DNA of 64,000 bases from an uncultured delta proteobacterium (GTDB lineage: Bacteria > Myxococcota_A > Polyangia > Palsa-1104): assembly GCA_963785725.1 (NCBI GenBank), contig CAWAWS010000007.1:352001-416000 (forward strand). Direction: 5' to 3'. The notes under the pieces are model-generated. The model was not told where the DNA came from. It worked only from the letters and a program-made list of their open reading frames with translations, and did no database searches. Shown here piece by piece: positions 42,357-53,195 of the stretch. Position numbers and translations under genes: made by a program. Position 1 is the stretch's first letter; the number at the start of each line of letters is the position of its first letter.

Positions 42357-43289
42357 ATGAGGCCGCTCGTCGCAATCGTCTTCGCCGTCGCTGCCGCTGG
42401 TGTCGCCGGCGGTTGCGCGCATGCTCCGACGACGATGGCGCCGGTGGCCGCGCCCGCTGCCGACGCCGACAAGGGCGCGCATGAGCCGATCGCGCTGCCG
42501 CATCGCGTGGTCGATTGCCAATCGGGCGACGAGCTGTCCGATCGCGCGCTCGACGACAAGCTGCGCGCGGCGCGCGTCATCTACGTCGGCGAGGAGCATC
42601 CCAATCCGCACCATCACGCGGCGGAAGTGGAGGTCCTCGAGCGCACCTACGCGGCCGAGCCGTCGGTGGGGCTCGGGCTCGAGATGCTGCCGCGGACGAT
42701 GCAGGACGCGCTCGACGGCTACCTCAACGGCACGCTCGACGAAGCGGCGTTCCTAAAAGCGGTCGATTGGGAGCACACGTGGGGCTTCGACTACGGGTTC
42801 TATCGGCCGCTGCTCGAGTTCTGTCGCACGCATCATCTGCCGGTGTTCGCGCTGAACGCGCCGCCCGGGCTGGCGCACGCCATCGCCAAAGGTGGGATCG
42901 AGAGCCTGACCGACGAGCAGAAGCGCGCGCTGCCGGAGATGAAGCCGGGTCCCGAGGCGCATCGCGAGCTCGTGCGTGAGGCGTTCGCGCAGCATCCGCA
43001 CGGCAAATTCGACGCCGCCAAGTTCGAGCGCTTCTATCTGGCGCAGCTGGCGTGGGACGAGACGATGGCGGAGCGGGTGGCGGCGGCGCTGAAGACGGCG
43101 ACGGCGCCGGCGCGGCTCGTCGTCGTCGCCGGCGAAGGGCACACGCACAGCTTCGCCATTCCCGACCGCGCGCTGCGCCGTGGCGCGGCGCCCTATCTGA
43201 CGATTCTGCCGGTCTTGGACACGGACGAGGCCGACGCGCGCAGCGATCACGTCGCCGACGTCTTGTGGGTCTTGCGCACCAGCCGTTGA
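42357..43289 (+). CDS. ChaN-family lipoprotein
   Basis: Lipobox AGGC; VGEEHPNPHHH, GLEM, AQLAWDETMA, AGEGH. Confidence 0.88.
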   Translation: MRPLVAIVFAVAAAGVAGGCAHAPTTMAPVAAPAADADKGAHEPIALPHRVVDCQSGDELSDRALDDKLRAARVIYVGEEHPNPHHHAAEVEVLERTYAAEPSVGLGLEMLPRTMQDALDGYLNGTLDEAAFLKAVDWEHTWGFDYGFYRPLLEFCRTHHLPVFALNAPPGLAHAIAKGGIESLTDEQKRALPEMKPGPEAHRELVREAFAQHPHGKFDAAKFERFYLAQLAWDETMAERVAAALKTATAPARLVVVAGEGHTHSFAIPDRALRRGAAPYLTILPVLDTDEADARSDHVADVLWVLRTSR

Positions 43290-43632
43290 AGGAGCCGGCG
43301 CGTCGCGGATGGGCGCGGCATTCACCGAAGTCGCCGAACGCCAACGCCCTACGGATCTTGCCCGTCCTCCGACGCCACAGCGGCCGCAGTCGTTCGACGA
43401 CCCAGCGGCATTCGACGACGCGGCGGCGTGCGACGACTGCGGCGGTGTTGTTCGACGCCGCGCGGCGTTTGATGGCGCCACGGCCGCCGCAGTAGCGGCT
43501 GAAGTCGGTCGACTGCCTGCGTGCGCTCGGCGATTGTGTGCCGGCGAAGTCGGCTCGGCTTATGTCGCGCGCGTGGGCTGCTGACGCGACGCAGCGGTGT
43601 CCCCGCGGCAACATTGGGGACACTCATCGGAC

Positions 43633-44745
43633 ATGTTAAGTAAATACTTACTTCAGGGGGCGTTGCTGGCTTTGGTCGCTTCGGGCTGTGGCCCTTCGAC
43701 CGGCGGCGGCGGTGGTGGTGGCGGCAACAACGGCGGCGGCGGCGGCGCCAGCGGCGGAGGTGGCGGTCTCGGAAATGCCGGCGGTACCGGCACCGGCGGT
43801 AACGGCGGCGGCTCTAGCGGCGGCGGCATGGGCAGCGGCGGCGGCATGGGCAGCGGCGGCGGAACGGGCAGCGGCGGCGGGACGGGCAGCGGCGGTGGGA
43901 CGGGCAGCGGCGTGCTCTACGACGGCGACGGGCCCTACAGTTACACGAGCCAATCGATCGCCGTCACGAGCCCGAACGGCAGCTTCACGATCGTCGCCTA
44001 TGTGCCGTCGACGAAGGTGCTGCACGCGGTCGTCATGCTGTCGTCGGGCTTTCAGCAGCCGGCGGCGGCCTACGCGCCGTATGGCGAGCGGCTGGCGTCG
44101 TGGGGCATCGTGACGCTCCTGCGCGACGACCCGGGCGTGCTCGGCGAGAGCTACGACAAGATCGTCGCCGACCTCGGCTGGATCGTGACGACGTGGCTGC
44201 CGGCGCAGCAGACGTCGGGACCGCTGGCCGGGCTCGTCGACGCCAGCAACGTCGGGTTCGCCGGCCATTCGCGCGGCGGGCAGAACTCGCTGTTCGCGCT
44301 GGAGCAGGGCGCAAAAGGGCTGGTCCGGGCGTTCTTCGGCATCGATCCCGTCGACAGCTCGCAGAGCGGCGCCGAGGCGCGCACCAACCTGTCGACGATT
44401 GGCATTCCCACGATCTTCCTCGGCGAGACCACCGACGGTGGCGGCTGCGCGCCCACGGCCGACAATTATCAGGTCTTGTACGGCGTCGCGCCCACGCCGT
44501 CGACGCTGATCACCGTCGTCAACGCCGATCACACGATGTTCGAAGACCCGTCGAGCTGCGCGTTTTGCACGCTCTGCACCGCCGGCACCGCCAACGCGAT
44601 GACCGTGCTCGCGCAGACCAAGCGCTACCTCATGGCCTTCTTCGCCTATCAGCTGCTCGGCGACAAAGCCGTCGGGCCGACGCTCGCCGGCGCCGGCCTC
44701 GCCGCCGATGCGACGGCCGGGCTCGTGCAAACGATGTCGAAGTGA
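43633..44745 (+). CDS. Alpha/beta hydrolase lipoprotein (chlorophyllase/cutinase-like) with Gly-rich linker
   Basis: Lipobox ASGC; AGHSRGG, IDPVD, ADHTMF. Confidence 0.85.
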   Translation: MLSKYLLQGALLALVASGCGPSTGGGGGGGGNNGGGGGASGGGGGLGNAGGTGTGGNGGGSSGGGMGSGGGMGSGGGTGSGGGTGSGGGTGSGVLYDGDGPYSYTSQSIAVTSPNGSFTIVAYVPSTKVLHAVVMLSSGFQQPAAAYAPYGERLASWGIVTLLRDDPGVLGESYDKIVADLGWIVTTWLPAQQTSGPLAGLVDASNVGFAGHSRGGQNSLFALEQGAKGLVRAFFGIDPVDSSQSGAEARTNLSTIGIPTIFLGETTDGGGCAPTADNYQVLYGVAPTPSTLITVVNADHTMFEDPSSCAFCTLCTAGTANAMTVLAQTKRYLMAFFAYQLLGDKAVGPTLAGAGLAADATAGLVQTMSK

Positions 44746-44925
44746 ACGCCTAGTTGCTGCTGCAATTGGGGGCGCGCGTCGGTGCGGTGCGCGTGCGCCC
44801 GCGATAAACCAACGATCGGCGTGCCCAACTACACGATGGCCGATTCCGACGGAGCGGCCTCGCGGGCGGGCACAGCCCGCCCGCGCGAGCCCGCCGTGCC
44901 GTAAACCCCAACGCGACCGTCCCGA

Positions 44926-45120
44926 AATGCACGCCGCAGCCACGAATGCGCGCCGCAGCCACGAATGCGCGCCGCAGCCACGAATGCGCGCCGCAGCCAC
45001 GAATGCGCGCCGCAGCTACGAATGCGCGCCGCAGCCACGAATGCGCGCCGCAGTCACGAATACGCGCCGGCAGCTACGACATGCGCGCCGGCGGCTACGA
45101 CATGCGCACCGGCGGCCGCG
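44926..45120. repeat. 19-bp tandem repeat (~7 good copies, then decaying)
   Basis: GAATGCGCGCCGCAGCCAC at 44944, 44963, 44982, 45001, 45020, 45039, 45058. Confidence 0.92.
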
Positions 45121-45140
45121 GCATGCGCGCCGGTTGCCGG

Positions 45141-45839
45141 CTACCCCTTCAAAATATCGAGGTACATCCGGCAGCTCTTGTTCCCCGGCTCCTCGGCCAA
45201 CACCGACTCCCACTCGGCCTTGGCCTCGTCCTTGCGCCCCAGCGAATACAAGGTCACGCCCAAATTGACCCTCGCCGGCACGTACTTCGGCGACTGCTGC
45301 TTCACCTGCTGATACTCCGCGACCGCCGCTTCCTTGTCGCCCATATCGCGCAGCGTCGCCGCCAACTTCGTCCGAATGTCGATGAACGTCGGACACAGAT
45401 CGAGCGCGCGCCGATATTCCCGCGCCGCCTCCTCGTTCATGCCGATGCCCGCATACGCGTCCGCGACCCGCGCGTGCATGTTCGCGATCTTGCCTTTCGC
45501 GAACGGGTCCAACTGCCGCGGCTGCGCCCGCGAGCGCGCGATCGCATGCGCGTAGACATCCTTCGCCTGCTGATATTTCCCGAGGTCGTTATAGGTAACG
45601 GCCAAATTCAAGGCCGCTTCCGTGTAATTCGGGTTGATCACCAGCGCCTGCTCGAACAGCTCTTGCGCCTGCGTGAAGTGGCCGTGACCGTGCTGGATGA
45701 CGCCGAGCATGTTGAACATGTCGGCGAATCCCTGATGCTCGCGCACGATCTGCTGGAGGATCGGCTCCGCCTGGTCGTACTCGCGATTCTCGTAGTGCTC
45801 ACGCGCGAGGTGCATCAGGTTACGCAGCCGTTCGTCCAT
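45141..45839 (-). CDS. TPR protein
   Basis: Repeated TPR motifs (FNMLGV, INPNYTEAALNLAV, ARVNLGVTLY). Confidence 0.9.
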   Translation of the reverse strand: MDERLRNLMHLAREHYENREYDQAEPILQQIVREHQGFADMFNMLGVIQHGHGHFTQAQELFEQALVINPNYTEAALNLAVTYNDLGKYQQAKDVYAHAIARSRAQPRQLDPFAKGKIANMHARVADAYAGIGMNEEAAREYRRALDLCPTFIDIRTKLAATLRDMGDKEAAVAEYQQVKQQSPKYVPARVNLGVTLYSLGRKDEAKAEWESVLAEEPGNKSCRMYLDILKG

Positions 45840-45859
45840 GAATCTCCTTTAACTTCCCG

Positions 45860-46675
45860 TCAGAGGCGCGAGCCGTACCGCTTGTCGATGAACGCGATGT
45901 AGAGCCGCGCCTTCTCCGACCGATAATCGTCGGGGTGGGTCGCAGCCAGCCGGACGAACGTCGCGCGCGCTTCGCCCGGCTTCTCCATTTTCAAATATAC
46001 GCGGCCCAACAGCAACATGATTTCCGGCTCACGCTGCGCGCCCGGATATTGGCGAATGATGCCTTCGAGCCGCCCGATCGCCGAGAACGGATGATTGTTG
46101 CGCAAGTAGAAGTCGGCCACGTACAGCTCGTGGTCGGTCAGCTTGCGGATGCACTCGCCGATGAGCTTGCGCGCTTCGATGGCGTAGTTCGTCTCGCCGT
46201 ATTGATCGGTGAACGCCGTCAGCTCGCGCAGCGCGTCGATGACCGGGCCCTGATCTTTTTCGTACGACGGCGGCAGGATGAACCAGTCGCTCGGGATCTC
46301 GCGATAGTAGCCGTAGCCGATGCGGAAGGCGCAGTAGCCGTCCTGCACGCGCTCGTTGCCGGGGTGCGCCTTGATGAAGTTCTTGTAGTCGTCGATCGCC
46401 TCGACGAACTTCTCGTGGCCGAACTCGCTGTCGGCGAGGCCGAGCTCGGCCATCGTCGCCCAGCGGCTGAAGCCGAACGTCGAGCGCACGTGGCGGAAAT
46501 ACTGCTCGGCCGTGATCCAGTTCTTCTCCTTCAGCTCCTTCACACCCTTTTCGTAGTTCTGCTGGGCAGTCGGATAGAAGTTCGGGACCGAGCGGAGGAA
46601 GCTGTTGGCTTCACCGGCACAGGCAGTGGCGAGAAAAGCCGCGAGCACAGCGGCGATGACGTTTCGGTACGACAT
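45860..46675 (-). CDS. bamD: Outer-membrane assembly factor BamD
   Basis: Lipobox ATAC; YKNFIKAHP, KDQGPV, HELYVADFY. Confidence 0.9.
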   Translation of the reverse strand: MSYRNVIAAVLAAFLATACAGEANSFLRSVPNFYPTAQQNYEKGVKELKEKNWITAEQYFRHVRSTFGFSRWATMAELGLADSEFGHEKFVEAIDDYKNFIKAHPGNERVQDGYCAFRIGYGYYREIPSDWFILPPSYEKDQGPVIDALRELTAFTDQYGETNYAIEARKLIGECIRKLTDHELYVADFYLRNNHPFSAIGRLEGIIRQYPGAQREPEIMLLLGRVYLKMEKPGEARATFVRLAATHPDDYRSEKARLYIAFIDKRYGSRL

Positions 46676-46736
46676 GAACGGCCAATCCTCCTCGGCAGAC
46701 CCGCGCCTGTCAAAGCAAATGGTGTACGATGCGCCG

Positions 46737-47477
46737 ATGCCGCGCCTGGTTGCCTGTCTCGCCCTCGGTCTCGTCGTCGGCTGTGCGACTACTTCGCGAA
46801 CCGAGCTGCCGCGTCCGCCCGAGCCCACGGATGGTCCGCTGCAGACGGCGGGCGCGCGCTGCGCCGGCGGCGTCTGCAAGTGCCGCCCGGTCGACGACTT
46901 CGGCCGCGGCATGGAGGGCAACACCGCCGTCGAAGGCGACGTGGCGCCGGGCAAAAAGCGCTTCGAATTCCGCACCGGACGCGGCTTCGAGAACGTGCGC
47001 GTGACGATCGACAGCCAAGGCACGCTCGTCAAAGACACGACGCAGGTCGAGCCCACGTGCGGCTACGTCGATCTGCCGCCCGGTCGTCACGCGGTCAAGC
47101 TGCGCGTCGTCGCCACCGACAAGAGCCAAGGCATTCACCCGCGCCTGCTCATCGGCGAATTCGGCGTCAAGACGACCGATTGGTACGACATCTTCGCCTT
47201 CGCCTGCGGCGCGACCGGGCCCTGCATCAAGGACGACATGAAGATCTGGCTCGACCAGGCGCGCGCCGTGCCGCGCGGCCTCTTCGACAAGTGCAGCTCG
47301 ACGCGCGTCGAGGGCTTGCGCTGGTCCGTCGAGCACTCGCCCGAGCAGACGCTGGAAGATCTGACGCTGGAGCTGGTGCTGCACGTCTATAAATTCGAGC
47401 CGCGGTTCAAGCACGGCACGCCCAGCTGCAAAGGGCTGAGCGGCGGCACCTCGGCCGAGGACGAGCTGGCGCAGTGA
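46737..47477 (+). CDS. Cys-rich hypothetical lipoprotein
   Basis: MPRLVACLALGLVVGC lipobox; typical codon usage. Confidence 0.8.
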   Translation: MPRLVACLALGLVVGCATTSRTELPRPPEPTDGPLQTAGARCAGGVCKCRPVDDFGRGMEGNTAVEGDVAPGKKRFEFRTGRGFENVRVTIDSQGTLVKDTTQVEPTCGYVDLPPGRHAVKLRVVATDKSQGIHPRLLIGEFGVKTTDWYDIFAFACGATGPCIKDDMKIWLDQARAVPRGLFDKCSSTRVEGLRWSVEHSPEQTLEDLTLELVLHVYKFEPRFKHGTPSCKGLSGGTSAEDELAQ

Positions 47478-47535
47478 CGGCGAGGCTCGCCTTTCCTTGC
47501 GCCGTCAGGCGGAGGCGAGGGCCGGGGAGGCTGCG

Positions 47536-48093
47536 TTGACCGCGCGGCTTTGCGGCGCGGTCGTGCTCGTCGCGCTCCTGTCGGCGGCGTCGCCGGCGCA
47601 CGCGCAGGCGGCGGCGTGGCTGCGCGAGCGCATCAACACCGAGTGGCTGGTCGCCGCCGGCGGTTGGCGCACGGCCGTCGGCAACGACGTGCGCGCGCCC
47701 GGCTTCGACGCCGTGGCCGGCGGCGGCGAGTTCCTGATCGGCCTCGAGGTCGGCGCCGGCTTGGCCGTCATCGGCGACGGCCGCGTCCTCGTCGGCGAAG
47801 CCGGCGGGCAGACGACCTATTTCGAGGCCTTGGGCTCGGTGGCGCTGCAGCTGCGCCTCGGTCGCGTCCGGCTGCGCGCCGGTCCGGCCGCGGGCGACGT
47901 GCGCTGGCGAACCGACTCGGCCGTGCTCGCGGGCGGCTTCTTGGCCGGCTCCATCGACCTCTTTCCGCTCGGCGGCGGCCGCCTGTCGACGACGGTGAGC
48001 GTACGCCTCGACTTCGACGCCGACATCGGCGCGCGCACGCTCCTGCCCGACGATTCGCTAGCGTTGGCCCTTGGCCTCGGCCTGCGCTATTGA
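47536..48093 (+). CDS. Small putative outer-membrane beta-barrel protein
   Basis: GGAGG SD before TTG, signal peptide AHA, C-terminus LGLGLRY. Confidence 0.7.
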   Translation: MTARLCGAVVLVALLSAASPAHAQAAAWLRERINTEWLVAAGGWRTAVGNDVRAPGFDAVAGGGEFLIGLEVGAGLAVIGDGRVLVGEAGGQTTYFEALGSVALQLRLGRVRLRAGPAAGDVRWRTDSAVLAGGFLAGSIDLFPLGGGRLSTTVSVRLDFDADIGARTLLPDDSLALALGLGLRY

Positions 48094-48195
48094 TGCTGAC
48101 CTTCGCTCTCAAACTTCTTGGATCCGGACCCAACGCGACTCCGCGGCTGCGATTCCGGTTGCCGCGGCCCTTTGCCGAAGTGTAATCAAGGACCC

Positions 48196-50079
48196 ATGCT
48201 CGCCCATCCTGACGCCTGGGATGTCATCGTCGTCGGAGCCGGTCATGCCGGTTGCGAAGCGGCGCTGGCGGCGGCGCGATTGGGTCGACGCACGCTGCTC
48301 ATCACCGGCGACCTCGACAAATTGGCGCAGATGTCGTGCAACCCGGCCGTCGGCGGCGTCGGCAAAGGGCACCTCGTCAAAGAGATCGACGCGCTCGGCG
48401 GCGCGATGGCGCGCGTCACCGACGCCGTCGGCATTCAGTTCCGCCGGCTCAACATGTCCAAAGGGCCGGCCGTGCGCGCGACGCGCGTGCAGTGCGACAA
48501 GGCGCGTTATCGCGTCGAGATGCGCCGCGTCGTCGAAGCGCAGCCGAACCTGGATTTGCTGCAGCAAGAGGGCGCGCGACTGCTCGTCGAGAACGACGAA
48601 ATCGTCGGGCTGGAGACGACGCTGGGGCTGCGGCTGTCGGCGCGCGCGGTCATCATCACGACGGGCACGTTCTTGCGCGGTCGCATCCACGTCGGCGACG
48701 CGCAGTACGACGGCGGTCGCGCCGGCGAAGCGCCGAGCCGCGGCCTGTCGGCGTCGCTCGAGTCGCTGGGCTTTCCGCTGGCGCGCCTGAAGACGGGCAC
48801 GCCCTGTCGCCTCGACGGTCGCAGCATCGACTGGAGCCGCTTGGAGGCGCAGCCGGGCGACGTGCCGATGCCGCAATTCTCCGACGACGGCCCGGCGCCG
48901 CCGCTGGAACAGCGCAGCTGCTACATCACGTACACGACGGACGAGACGCACGCGCTCATCCGCGCCAACTTGCATCGCTCGCCGCTGTATGGTCTCGAGC
49001 GCTCGTTGACGGGGATTGGGCCGCGCTATTGCCCATCGATCGAGGACAAAGTGGTGCGCTTTGCCGACAAGGCGCGCCATCAGATCTTCCTCGAGCCCGA
49101 AGGTCTCGACACGCACGAGGTCTATCCCAACGGCATCTCGACGTCGCTGCCGGTCGATGTGCAGCTGCAGCTCATTCGCTCGATTCCCGGGCTGGAGCGC
49201 GCGCACATGATGCGGCCGGGTTACGCCGTCGAGTACGACTTCTGCGATCCGCGGCAGCTCTCCGCGACGCTCGAGACCAAGCGGGTGCGCGGGCTGTATT
49301 TGGCGGGGCAGATCAACGGCACGTCCGGCTACGAAGAGGCGGCCGTGCAGGGCTTGCTGGCGGGCGCCAACGCGGCCTTGGCGCAGCTGGGCGCGCCGCC
49401 GCTCGTGCTCGGTCGCGATCAGGCGTACGCCGGCGTGCTCGTCGACGATCTGACGACGCAAGGCACCGACGAGCCCTACCGCATGATGACGTCGCGCGCC
49501 GAGCATCGCCTGCTCTTGCGCGAGGACAACGCCGACGAGCGCTTGACGCCGCTCGGTCGCACGCTCGGCCTCGTCGACGACGCGCGCTGGACGGCGTTCT
49601 CCGCGCGCCGCGACGCGCTGGCGAGCGAGATGTCGCGGCTGCAGGGCACGACGCTCGCGCCGTCGGCCGGCGTCAACGATCGGCTGGCGGCGCTCGGCAC
49701 GTCGCCGCTCAAGAAGCCGGTGACCTTGCTCGAGCTGTTGCGCCGCCCCGAGGTCGACTATGCGACCTTGCGCCGCGGCTTCGGCGGCGTCGACGATGCG
49801 CGCGTGGCCGAGCGGACCGAGATTCGCGTCAAATATGCCGGCTACGTCGCGCGGCAGAACGAAGAGGCAGCCAAGCTGCGCTCGCTCGAGGAGCTGGCGC
49901 TGCCGGCGACGCTCGACTACGACGGCCTCGCGGGGCTCTCCCACGAAGTCAAAGAGAAGCTGGGGCGCGTGCGCCCACGTTCGATCGGACAGGCCAGCCG
50001 CATCGCCGGAGTGACCCCGGCGGCGGTTTCGATCTTGATGGTTCACTTGCGCGCTTATCGTCGAGCGGAGGGTGCATGA
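48196..50079 (+). CDS. mnmG: tRNA U34 modification enzyme MnmG (GidA)
   Basis: [43 protein letters not shown]. Confidence 0.98.
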   Translation: MLAHPDAWDVIVVGAGHAGCEAALAAARLGRRTLLITGDLDKLAQMSCNPAVGGVGKGHLVKEIDALGGAMARVTDAVGIQFRRLNMSKGPAVRATRVQCDKARYRVEMRRVVEAQPNLDLLQQEGARLLVENDEIVGLETTLGLRLSARAVIITTGTFLRGRIHVGDAQYDGGRAGEAPSRGLSASLESLGFPLARLKTGTPCRLDGRSIDWSRLEAQPGDVPMPQFSDDGPAPPLEQRSCYITYTTDETHALIRANLHRSPLYGLERSLTGIGPRYCPSIEDKVVRFADKARHQIFLEPEGLDTHEVYPNGISTSLPVDVQLQLIRSIPGLERAHMMRPGYAVEYDFCDPRQLSATLETKRVRGLYLAGQINGTSGYEEAAVQGLLAGANAALAQLGAPPLVLGRDQAYAGVLVDDLTTQGTDEPYRMMTSRAEHRLLLREDNADERLTPLGRTLGLVDDARWTAFSARRDALASEMSRLQGTTLAPSAGVNDRLAALGTSPLKKPVTLLELLRRPEVDYATLRRGFGGVDDARVAERTEIRVKYAGYVARQNEEAAKLRSLEELALPATLDYDGLAGLSHEVKEKLGRVRPRSIGQASRIAGVTPAAVSILMVHLRAYRRAEGA

Positions 50080-50107
50080 ACGAGCGGAATTCTTGCGCGG
50101 AGCAGTC

Positions 50108-51601
50108 ATGAAGCGGTCCATCGCGTCCCTGAGCTGTACGGCTGCTTTGTTGTCCTCGTCCGTCGCCTTCGCCGGCGGCTTCGAATATCCGGGCGCAGGC
50201 TCGGAGGCGCTCGGTCGCGGCGCGGCGTTCACCGCCAAAGCCGATGACGCCACGGCCTTTGACTACAACGTCGCCGGCTTTGCGCGTCAGCGCGGCACGC
50301 GGCTCCTGTTCGACAGCAACCTCATCTTCAACAGCTACAGCTTCCAGCGCACGGGCACCTATCCCGATGTGCCCAGCGCCAGCGTGCCTTACGGCGGGCA
50401 GCCTTTTCCGTCGGTGCACAACTCGGCCGGCCCCGGCTACGTGCCGACCGTCGGCGTCAGCACCGACTTCGGCTACTTCGATCGCTGGACGTTCGCGCTC
50501 GGCCTGTTCGCGCCCAACTCGGTCAGCACGCGCGACTACGGCACGACGGTGAAGCTGCCCAACGGCATGAGCGCGCCCTCGCCGGCGCGCTACGACATCA
50601 CGCGCATCGACACCGTCGTCGCCTATCCGACGATCGCCGCCGCCTTTCGCGCGACGCATTGGCTCGACATCGGCCTCGAGGCGTCGCTCGTCTACGCCAA
50701 CCTCGACCTCGGTAACGCGTCGCTGGTCTACATCAGCGGTGGTCCCAACGGCCTGTGCAAGAGCGTGGAAGCGGCCGCCTGCGACGGCATCACCGACATC
50801 AAGACGACGACCATCACCGGCACCGGCGCGCTCGGCCTCATGTTCCACCCGACGAGGACGATCGACATCGGCCTCAACGTGCGCCCGCAGATCAACATCA
50901 ACACCAAGGGCAAGGCCTACGCGACGGCGCCGCCGGCGCTGTCGCAGGTCGCCATCACGCCCGGCGCGGCCTCGTTCGATCTCAAGATGCCGACGGTCGT
51001 TCGCCTCGGCATCCGCTACGTGTTCAAGGCCGCGGACAACTTCGAGGTCGGCGACATCGAGCTCGACGGCGACTACGAGAACTGGAAGAACGCCGAAGGT
51101 ACCGGCGACCAGGTGAAGATCCCCGATCTCGATCCGCTGCAGAACCTCGATCCGACGATCACGCACCACTATCAGGACACGGGCTCGGTGCGCGTCGGCG
51201 GCGCGTACAACATGCGGCTGGCGGCGGGCGTGTTGACGTTCCGCGCCGGCTTCTTCTTCGACTCGGCGGCGACGAAGGACGCGGACACGCGCATCGACTT
51301 CGACACGATGGCCAAGTACGCGCCGACGGTCGGGCTCGGCTACACGGTGCGCGGCATCACGCTCAACGTCGGCTACGCGTACATCTGGGAGCCGGCGCGC
51401 AACGTCACCAACGGCGACATCCGGCTCATCAACGGCATCATCCAAGGCAACAACGACACCGTGCTCAGCCCCGGCGGCAAGCCCACCGACGTCATCAACA
51501 ACGGCTATTTTCAAGCGCACAACCAGATCTTGTCGGTCGGCTTGACGGTCGCGTTCGACGATCTGATCGGCCGTCACCGCCGCGTCATTCACTGGCAATA
51601 G
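50108..51601 (+). CDS. FadL/OmpP1-family outer-membrane transporter
   Basis: Signal peptide then GGFEYPGAGSEALGRGAAFTAKADDATAFDYNVAG. Confidence 0.85.
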   Translation: MKRSIASLSCTAALLSSSVAFAGGFEYPGAGSEALGRGAAFTAKADDATAFDYNVAGFARQRGTRLLFDSNLIFNSYSFQRTGTYPDVPSASVPYGGQPFPSVHNSAGPGYVPTVGVSTDFGYFDRWTFALGLFAPNSVSTRDYGTTVKLPNGMSAPSPARYDITRIDTVVAYPTIAAAFRATHWLDIGLEASLVYANLDLGNASLVYISGGPNGLCKSVEAAACDGITDIKTTTITGTGALGLMFHPTRTIDIGLNVRPQININTKGKAYATAPPALSQVAITPGAASFDLKMPTVVRLGIRYVFKAADNFEVGDIELDGDYENWKNAEGTGDQVKIPDLDPLQNLDPTITHHYQDTGSVRVGGAYNMRLAAGVLTFRAGFFFDSAATKDADTRIDFDTMAKYAPTVGLGYTVRGITLNVGYAYIWEPARNVTNGDIRLINGIIQGNNDTVLSPGGKPTDVINNGYFQAHNQILSVGLTVAFDDLIGRHRRVIHWQ

Positions 51602-51725
51602 CCAAACGGCCGCGGGCGGCCCGTTCGCGTCGTTGTCGCTGCGCTCCGGTGCTCACGTACCAAAGCGTACGCTCCGCTCCGGTGCTCGCTCCGCCTAGCG
51701 CCCGGGCCGCCCGCGACCGTTTGGC
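51601..51725. repeat. Structured palindromic intergenic element (REP/MITE-like) between convergent genes
   Basis: 23-bp inverted repeats 51601-51623 and 51703-51725 (1 mismatch) around an internal GCTCCGGTGCTC duplication. Confidence 0.7.
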
Positions 51726-51768
51726 CGCCGTGGGCGCAAGCTCAGATCACATTCGAGCTTAGTTAGAG

Positions 51769-53163
51769 TCAGGCCGCAGGAAGCCAGACAGTAAACGTCG
51801 TGCCTTGACCCTCCGACGACTCGACGCGGATGGCGCCGCCGTGGAGCTCGACGATGCGTCGCGCGATCGGCAGGCCGAGGCCGCCGCCTTGGCGCGTCGA
51901 GAACGTCTCGTCGAAGATGCGCGGCAAGTCGGCGGCGGCGATGCCGCAGCCGGTGTCGCTGACGCGCAAAGCGACGCCGCCGGCATCGGGGCGCGCGTCG
52001 AGCGTGATGCCGCCGCCGCCGTCGGTGGCTTTGACGGCGTTGAGCACCAAGTTGAGCACGACCTGTTTGAGCCGCGCGCCGTCCGCGCGCACGTGTGGCA
52101 GCAGCGGATCGCAGTGCACGGCCACGCGCACGCGCGCCGGCGACGTCATCAAGTTCACGTCGACGACCTCGTGCAAGAGCGCGTGCACGTCGACCATCGA
52201 CGGCGGCGAGCGCACTTCACGCCGCTCGACATATTCCTGCACCAGCCCGGCCACGCGCGTCGCCTCGCCGTCGATGGCGCGCGCCAGCCGCACGCGCTGC
52301 GCGTCGTCGCAGTTGGGCCGCGCGATCACCTGCGCCGCCGCGCTGATCGCCGCCAGCGGGTTGCGCACTTCGTGGGCGAAGCTCTTGGCCGACGACGCCA
52401 GCTCTTCGCGGCGCGCGCGCTCCTCCTGCTCGCGTCGCGCCGCTTCCACCTCCGACAGCTCGCGAAACACGGCCAGCGCGCCCATTCCGCCGTCGACCTC
52501 GACGCTGGCGTTGGTGAAGCCCAAGTTGCGCTCGCCGTGCTTGGTGCCGATCGTGACGCGCCGTTGTGCGGCGTCGCCGGAGACGAGGAACAAGGGCTCG
52601 CCGCCGGGCAGCGCGTCGCCGATGGTGCGGCCGAGCAGCGCGTCGGCGCTGCGCGCGAGCATGGCGCAGGCGGCCGCGTTGACCTTGACGATGACGCCGC
52701 CGCCGTCGACGACGACGAGGCCCGACGATAGATGATCGACGACGTTCTCGAGGAACGCCTGGCGCGCGCGGATCTCCTCCGACAGCCGCTGCATGCGCAA
52801 GAACACGCGCAGCTTCGCGTCGAACAGGTCGACGTTGAACGGCTTGGCGACGAAGTCGACGACGCCCAAGCCGTACGCGCGCTTGACGGTGGCGCCGTCG
52901 GTGATCGCCGAGATGACGATGATCGGCATGTCGTCGAGCTCGCGGCGCTGGCGAATGCGCTCGAGCACCGCGAAGCCGTCGAGGTTGGGCAGCACGAGAT
53001 CGAGCGTCATCAGCGCCGGTCGTCGCGCCGCCAGATGCGCCAGCGCCGAGGCGCCGTCCTTGGCCGCGACGAGATCGACGCCCAGCGGCTCGGTCAACGC
53101 ACGCAGCAGCTCGACGATGCGCTCCTCGTCTTCGCAGGCCAAAACCAGCGGCCGTGGATCCAA
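51769..53163 (-). CDS. Hybrid receiver-PAS-histidine kinase
   Basis: CEDE, LDLVLP, AKPF; FAHEVRNPL, NAVKA, DTGCG, GGLGL. Confidence 0.93.
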   Translation of the reverse strand: MDPRPLVLACEDEERIVELLRALTEPLGVDLVAAKDGASALAHLAARRPALMTLDLVLPNLDGFAVLERIRQRRELDDMPIIVISAITDGATVKRAYGLGVVDFVAKPFNVDLFDAKLRVFLRMQRLSEEIRARQAFLENVVDHLSSGLVVVDGGGVIVKVNAAACAMLARSADALLGRTIGDALPGGEPLFLVSGDAAQRRVTIGTKHGERNLGFTNASVEVDGGMGALAVFRELSEVEAARREQEERARREELASSAKSFAHEVRNPLAAISAAAQVIARPNCDDAQRVRLARAIDGEATRVAGLVQEYVERREVRSPPSMVDVHALLHEVVDVNLMTSPARVRVAVHCDPLLPHVRADGARLKQVVLNLVLNAVKATDGGGGITLDARPDAGGVALRVSDTGCGIAAADLPRIFDETFSTRQGGGLGLPIARRIVELHGGAIRVESSEGQGTTFTVWLPAA

Positions 53164-53195
53164 ACTAAACAGCGCCTCCTCGGTAATTCAAGAGA

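Noticed and set aside
48196..50079. mnmG as proof that oriC is adjacent
   Set aside because: No rsmG, parAB, dnaA or DnaA-box cluster seen in the window; at most a weak hint
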